Source: an uncultured SAR86 cluster bacterium
GTDB taxonomy: Bacteria; Pseudomonadota; Gammaproteobacteria; Magnimaribacterales; D2472
DNA: 64,000 nucleotides
NCBI GenBank assembly: GCA_902622845.1
Contig: CACNRI010000002.1
Coordinates: 196,398 to 260,397, forward strand
Reading direction: 5' to 3'
The notes beneath the pieces were generated by a model that did no database searches, was not told the origin of the DNA, and saw only the letters and a program-made list of their open reading frames with translations. This document shows positions 59,232-64,000 of this stretch, piece by piece; the stretch's first letter is position 1, and every line of letters begins with the position of its first letter. The position numbers were made by a program, and so were the translations under genes.

Positions 59232-60020
59232 ATGCTGTTTGATATGAATAAAAATATTCTTGCTATCTCCTTGTTTTCAGTATTTTCATCTGTTGCATTA
59301 TTCTCTCAAGAATCAACTTCTGTAAATGATGTTGATTTGCTTACAGAGTCAATAAATATTTCAACAAATAGTCTTGAAAACTCGGCCTTAACGCAGGAAC
59401 AAATAAATAAACTCGATGAAACTACAAGAATTTTGTTAGCAGATTATCAATCTACATCCAAAGAATATGAGTCACTTAAACTTTATAACGATCAAGTTCA
59501 AAAAATTATTAATTCACAATTAGATGAAATAGAAAATATTTTATTTCAAATTGATGAATTAGATAAAACTAATCAAAAGATTGTTCCACTGATGATTAAA
59601 ATGATAAATGGTCTCGAAGACTTTATTAATCTTGATGTTCCTTTTTTAATGTCTGAACGTATGGATCGTTTAGCTAACCTAAGAACTACTATGGATCGAG
59701 GTGATATATCAACATCTGAAAAGTTCAGGCTTATCACTGAAGCTTACAAAACAGAGCTTGAGTATGGAAGAACAATTGAAGCATATAGGGATACCATTAA
59801 AATTGATGGCATAGATACAAGTGCAGATTTCCTCAGAGTTGGAAGAATAGCACTTACATATTTAACAACTGACGGAAGTAAGGGTGGTTATTTTGATTTA
59901 AATGAACGTCAATTTTTGAAATCATCTGGTTCTATTAGAAGAGCAACTGAAGATGGCTTAAAAATTGCTGCTAAGCAAGCTCCACCGGCACTTATTCAAA
60001 TACCAATTTATAAGGACTAA
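59232..60020 (+). CDS. DUF3450 family protein (TtpB-like)
   Basis: Signal peptide, coiled coil, PLM..M...L..F...D.PF...ER, EKFR...EAY..E..YGR, LRVGRIAL; first gene of the TonB2 cluster. Confidence 0.85.
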   Translation: MLFDMNKNILAISLFSVFSSVALFSQESTSVNDVDLLTESINISTNSLENSALTQEQINKLDETTRILLADYQSTSKEYESLKLYNDQVQKIINSQLDEIENILFQIDELDKTNQKIVPLMIKMINGLEDFINLDVPFLMSERMDRLANLRTTMDRGDISTSEKFRLITEAYKTELEYGRTIEAYRDTIKIDGIDTSADFLRVGRIALTYLTTDGSKGGYFDLNERQFLKSSGSIRRATEDGLKIAAKQAPPALIQIPIYKD

Positions 60021-60023
60021 AAA

Positions 60024-61391
60024 ATGAGTATTAGATTTTTACCCTTAATATTAATATCTTCTTTGGCGTTTGCTCAAGAAGATACTGCTCAACTAGCGGA
60101 GCCAATCATTACTGATCTTGATAGATTAGTTGAATCCGTTAAAAAAACAGCCTCATCGCGTTCTGCTGAGGATAACGCAAGGTTGCAAAGATTCTTAGCT
60201 GACAAAAATAGACAACAGTATCTCTTAAATCAAATGAAAGCTAACTTAAAGGCGGAAGAGAATAGAAGCGCAAGGCTTACTAAGGAGTATGAAGACAATG
60301 ATGCTCGTCTTGCTGATCTTGAAGAGCAGCTTACACTCAAACTAGGCTCATTTGGTGAGCTTTTTGGAATTGTGAGGCAAACAGCTGGTGAATCGAAAGG
60401 CCAATTTTCACTTTCTTTAACAAATGTGGAATATCCTGAAAGAATTGAATTTTTAGGTGATATTGCTGAAAGAAAAAGTCTAGACTTACCCACTAATGAA
60501 GAATTAGAAAGACTTTGGTTTGAGATATTAAATGAATTAAATCAAAGCGGAAAAGTTAAAGAATATTCTACGGAAATTCTTTCTAAGTCCGGAGAAATTC
60601 AAGATGCTAACATTCTTAGAGTTGGTGTATTTAATTCAGTTGCTGATGGAATGTACCTAAACCTTGTTGCAGAGCAGAATATTCTTGAGTATCTCCCAAA
60701 GCAGCCTGATGGTGGCATCAGAAGATCAGCAAAAAGGCTTCAAAATTCTGATAGTGGAACCTATCATGAAATTTACATAGACCCTACTAGAGGATCACTT
60801 CTTACTAAACTTATCGATAGAGCTGGTTTCTTTGAAAGAATCAATCAAGGTGGTTTTGTCGGTTATATTATTATCATTCTTCTAACTATTGGTATTGTAT
60901 TAGGAGCTTTAAGGTATAGATTTCTTTCAGCCGAGTCTAAAGTCCTTGATGCAGAGCTTTCAAGTGGAAACTTCTCAGACACTTCTGTTCTTGGAAAATT
61001 AAATAGAATATTTAAAGACTATCATGGTAATACCCCTGAGGATCTTGAAGCACAACTTGAAGATGTTTTATCAAGAGCTGTCCCTGTACTTGAACAAAAT
61101 CTTAGCACTATCAAGCTTTTAGCTGCTGTGGCTCCGCTTTTAGGTTTATTAGGAACAGTTGTTGGTATGATTGAAACGTTCCAGTCTATAACACTCTTTG
61201 GAACTGGTGATCCAAAACTTATGGCGGGTGGAATTTCACAAGCTTTGGTTACAACTATGTTGGGTCTCATTGCTGCTGTTCCTTTATTATTTATTCATAA
61301 TATTCTTGAATCAAGAAGTAGAGCTATAACACAGGTTTATGAGGAGCAAGCAATCGGTTTTATAGCATCATTTTCTACTAGAGAAAAATAA
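60024..61391 (+). CDS. TtpC-like MotA/TolQ/ExbB channel protein with N-terminal coiled coil
   Basis: LGSFGELFG, RVGVFN, IDPTRG, APLLGLLGTV.GMI.TF, PKLMAGGISQALVTT. Confidence 0.88.
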   Translation: MSIRFLPLILISSLAFAQEDTAQLAEPIITDLDRLVESVKKTASSRSAEDNARLQRFLADKNRQQYLLNQMKANLKAEENRSARLTKEYEDNDARLADLEEQLTLKLGSFGELFGIVRQTAGESKGQFSLSLTNVEYPERIEFLGDIAERKSLDLPTNEELERLWFEILNELNQSGKVKEYSTEILSKSGEIQDANILRVGVFNSVADGMYLNLVAEQNILEYLPKQPDGGIRRSAKRLQNSDSGTYHEIYIDPTRGSLLTKLIDRAGFFERINQGGFVGYIIIILLTIGIVLGALRYRFLSAESKVLDAELSSGNFSDTSVLGKLNRIFKDYHGNTPEDLEAQLEDVLSRAVPVLEQNLSTIKLLAAVAPLLGLLGTVVGMIETFQSITLFGTGDPKLMAGGISQALVTTMLGLIAAVPLLFIHNILESRSRAITQVYEEQAIGFIASFSTREK

Positions 61392-61393
61392 TA

Positions 61394-61921
61394 ATGTTTT
61401 ACTATTTATCTCTACCTTTTGTATCTTTGCTTGATTTTTTTGATAGAGGTGGCCCTGTAATTCTTATATTGTTTTTAGTTGCCATAGTTATGATAACTCT
61501 GCTAGTTGAAAGAACTATATTTTTTTTGAATGATTTAAAAAAGTTAAGCGATGACCGCGTCAATGAAATTAAGACCTGCCCATCTGATAATAAATGGGTT
61601 AAAAATAAGGTAAAAGTCAGAAATATATCTATTCTTAATTCTGAATCCTCAAAGAATCTTCTTATGATTCAGGGATTAATTGCATTGTGCCCTCTGCTTG
61701 GACTTCTTGGCACTGTCACAGGAATGATTGAGGTTTTTGACATTATGGCAATTACTGGTACAGGTAATGCCAGAGCGATGGCTTCTGGAATTGCAAGAGC
61801 TACACTACCAACTATGACAGGACTTTTTATATCAATTGTTGGACTATTTTTGCTTACAGCAATTAAATCTAGTATTGAAAAAGCCACACTTGAAGTAAAG
61901 CATACAATAGAGACAATTTAA
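61394..61921 (+). CDS. exbB: ExbB-like proton channel protein
   Basis: RGGPV, CPLLGLLGTVTGMI.VF, ARAMASGIARATLPTM. Confidence 0.88.
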   Translation: MFYYLSLPFVSLLDFFDRGGPVILILFLVAIVMITLLVERTIFFLNDLKKLSDDRVNEIKTCPSDNKWVKNKVKVRNISILNSESSKNLLMIQGLIALCPLLGLLGTVTGMIEVFDIMAITGTGNARAMASGIARATLPTMTGLFISIVGLFLLTAIKSSIEKATLEVKHTIETI

Positions 61922-61922
61922 C

Positions 61923-62324
61923 ATGATCAAGAGAAGAAGTAGAGCAAGAGACGAATCAACCATTGATATTACACCAATGCTTGATATTGTCTTTATAATG
62001 CTAATTTTCTTTATTGTTACAACTTCTTTTGTTAAGGAAACGGGTGTTGAAGTTAACAGACCAAATGCATCTACAGCTGTCAGAGACGAAAGAGGTAATA
62101 TTTTAATTGCAATAACTGCAAATGATGAAATTTGGATTGATAAAAGAAGAGTTGACCTTAGGTCTGTAAGAGCCAACGTAGAAAGACTAAAGGCTGAAAA
62201 TCCTGAAGGTTCTGTCATTATTCAAGCTGACAAAGCATCTAAAACAGGTTTTTTAGTTGAAACAATGGACCAAGTAAGGTTGGCTGGAGTACAAAATGTT
62301 TCAATCGCTGCTGAGCAAGATTAA
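61923..62324 (+). CDS. exbD: ExbD-like biopolymer transport protein
   Basis: IDITPMLDIVFIMLIFFIVT, VNRP.A, VIIQAD. Confidence 0.92.
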   Translation: MIKRRSRARDESTIDITPMLDIVFIMLIFFIVTTSFVKETGVEVNRPNASTAVRDERGNILIAITANDEIWIDKRRVDLRSVRANVERLKAENPEGSVIIQADKASKTGFLVETMDQVRLAGVQNVSIAAEQD

Positions 62325-62934
62325 TTTAGACAATAGGTTAACCGTTTCAGTCGTTGGCGGTTTTTCAATAGCTTTTGCAATTTTTTTAACTATATACATA
62401 ATTATCTTGCCAAGTGATAAAACTTTTGATTCTGTTAAAGATTCAAGCCTTGTTGATTTTGTAAGACTTAGAAAAAATGATTTTTTAAATGAGAGAGAAA
62501 GGGCTCTTCCAGAAAAGCCACCTCCTCCAAAAAAACCACCACCTCCAAAACTTGAGACGCCAGAGGTTGTGCAACCGGTTCAAAATCTTAATATTAAGTT
62601 TCCTACTCTCAATACTCCTGTAGATTTGAAAGGTGCTTTTTTAAGAGGTTCAAATTCATTAGCTTCAAATAGTGGATTAATACCACTAGTTAAGATACAG
62701 CCAAAGTACCCTAGAGAAGCATTAAAGGGTGGAAAGACTGGTTTTGTAACTGTTAGATTGACCGTCGATGAAAAGGGAAGAGTAATTACTGCTATAATTG
62801 AAGAGTCAAGACCACCTAGGATTTTTGATGCAGCTGCCATACAAGCAGTGCTCAAGTGGAAATTCAAACCTAGAGTTATAGATGGAGTTCCTGTTAAACA
62901 GGTGGGTCTTACTACTATTGAGTTTAATTTATGA
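62296..62934 (+). CDS. tonB: Energy transducer TonB
   Basis: N-terminal TM, Pro-rich PEKPPPPKKPPPP linker, C-terminal PKYP..A...G..G.V...IFD.AA..AV.KWKFKP. Confidence 0.9.
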   Translation: MFQSLLSKINLDNRLTVSVVGGFSIAFAIFLTIYIIILPSDKTFDSVKDSSLVDFVRLRKNDFLNERERALPEKPPPPKKPPPPKLETPEVVQPVQNLNIKFPTLNTPVDLKGAFLRGSNSLASNSGLIPLVKIQPKYPREALKGGKTGFVTVRLTVDEKGRVITAIIEESRPPRIFDAAAIQAVLKWKFKPRVIDGVPVKQVGLTTIEFNL

Positions 62935-64000
62935 TAAAGAAAATTTTAAGTTTAGCGCTAGTTTTTAGTTTAAGTGTTTCAGCTGCTGAGCAAGCAATTA
63001 CTCAGTGGGTTTATAACACCCTAGAGAGAGCTCAAGCAAATCTTGATAAAGGCAACCTGGAAGCTGCTGAAAGAATTTATTATGACTATGCTAATGATAC
63101 ATGGTCATCTAGATCATATGATCATTTTGTAATTTTGCGAACCTATGCTTATTTTTTACTTTCCTATGACAGAAATGATGAGGCATTGAGATATCTAAAG
63201 CAGGCAAGTCTAAAAAGGGATATGCCACCTTATGATATTTTTGAGCTCACATTTACACTAGGCCAAGTCTATTACGTTACTGGTGATATAGAGAATGCAA
63301 AAAAATCTCTCCTAAAGTGGGTTCAGATAGGTGAAAAAAATAAACTAGATTTAAAACCAGAAGGCTATGCAATTTTAGCAACTATTTATGCTCAAGAAGA
63401 AGAATGGGGTAACGCCCTTAAGTTTATTACTTTAGCCATTGAAAACTCATATAAATTTGTTGAAGACTGGGCTCAACTTAAGTTTGCTATCCATACAGAA
63501 AGAAAAGAATATCTTGATGCTCTTGAAATAGCTCAGGATTTGGTAAGGTACAAGCCAAAAAATAAACAATACATTGAGCAAATGGCTGGAATATATAACA
63601 TCATCAAATTTGAAGAAGAATCTTTGGCATCTCTTGAGTTTAAACTACAACAAGATCTATTAAAAAAACCATCTGAATATATTAATCTTGCAAACTTTTA
63701 TCTTTACAAGGGACTCCCTGTAGACTCAAGCAAGGTAATTGAAAAAGGTTTGAAATTAAAAGTATTAGAAAATAATATTAAAAATAACGAGCTTTTAAGT
63801 AATGCTTATATCATTGCAAAAGATTTTGATAACGCAGTTAGATCATTGAATAAGGTAACAAAAATTACTGATGATCCAAAGTATGATTATCGAATCGGTC
63901 AAATACAACTTCAAAATTCTAAATATGAACAAGCTATTAAATATTTTAAGCAAGCAAGAAGTAAAGGCTGGAACAGAAAGCCTGGATCCCTCGAGATGCT
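62931..64000 (+). CDS. Tetratricopeptide-repeat protein (TtpD-like), partial; runs off window end
   Basis: Not in the ORF track. Frame is open from ATG 62931 (ATGA overlap with tonB) to 64000: MIKKILSLALVFSLSVSAAEQAITQWVY...LGQVYYVTGDIENAKK...; TPR-like helices. Confidence 0.85.
   Translation, partial: MIKKILSLALVFSLSVSAAEQAITQWVYNTLERAQANLDKGNLEAAERIYYDYANDTWSSRSYDHFVILRTYAYFLLSYDRNDEALRYLKQASLKRDMPPYDIFELTFTLGQVYYVTGDIENAKKSLLKWVQIGEKNKLDLKPEGYAILATIYAQEEEWGNALKFITLAIENSYKFVEDWAQLKFAIHTERKEYLDALEIAQDLVRYKPKNKQYIEQMAGIYNIIKFEEESLASLEFKLQQDLLKKPSEYINLANFYLYKGLPVDSSKVIEKGLKLKVLENNIKNNELLSNAYIIAKDFDNAVRSLNKVTKITDDPKYDYRIGQIQLQNSKYEQAIKYFKQARSKGWNRKPGSLEM

Overview
AT-rich, extremely gene-dense chromosomal segment with overlapping genes and tiny intergenic gaps. 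Gene order is gammaproteobacterial: purM/N-hda, folD-tRNAs-tig-clpPX-lon-hupB-ppiD and mltD-gloB-rnhA-dnaQ-gltX. These traits, plus the large TonB-dependent receptors, suggest a streamlined marine lineage such as SAR86 (inference, not a database result). The first ~34 kb is mostly core genes; 34-64 kb holds three ~940-1010 aa TonB-dependent receptors, peptide/amino-acid/lipid/nucleic-acid scavenging enzymes and a Vibrio-type TonB2/TtpC operon cut by the window end. Six tRNAs are present (Val-UAC, Asp-GUC, Pro-UGG, Arg-UCU, His-GUG, Ala-GGC). I found no CRISPR array, IS element, integrase, prophage or rRNA. The strongest unexplained signals are: (1) a palindromic operator in front of an XRE-sppA operon that recurs at 17/19 nt about 49.5 kb away between a divergent S9 peptidase and a TonB receptor, a candidate peptide-scavenging regulon; (2) many TATAAT-type -10 boxes exactly 6 nt before start codons (leaderless mRNAs), including a perfectly symmetric bidirectional one; (3) a glutamate dehydrogenase with an animal-type antenna insertion; (4) a cadherin-HNH nuclease lipoprotein near thymidine kinase; (5) Zn-ligand loss in DksA and GluRS. 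Gene and family assignments come from recalled motifs; none was checked by a search.
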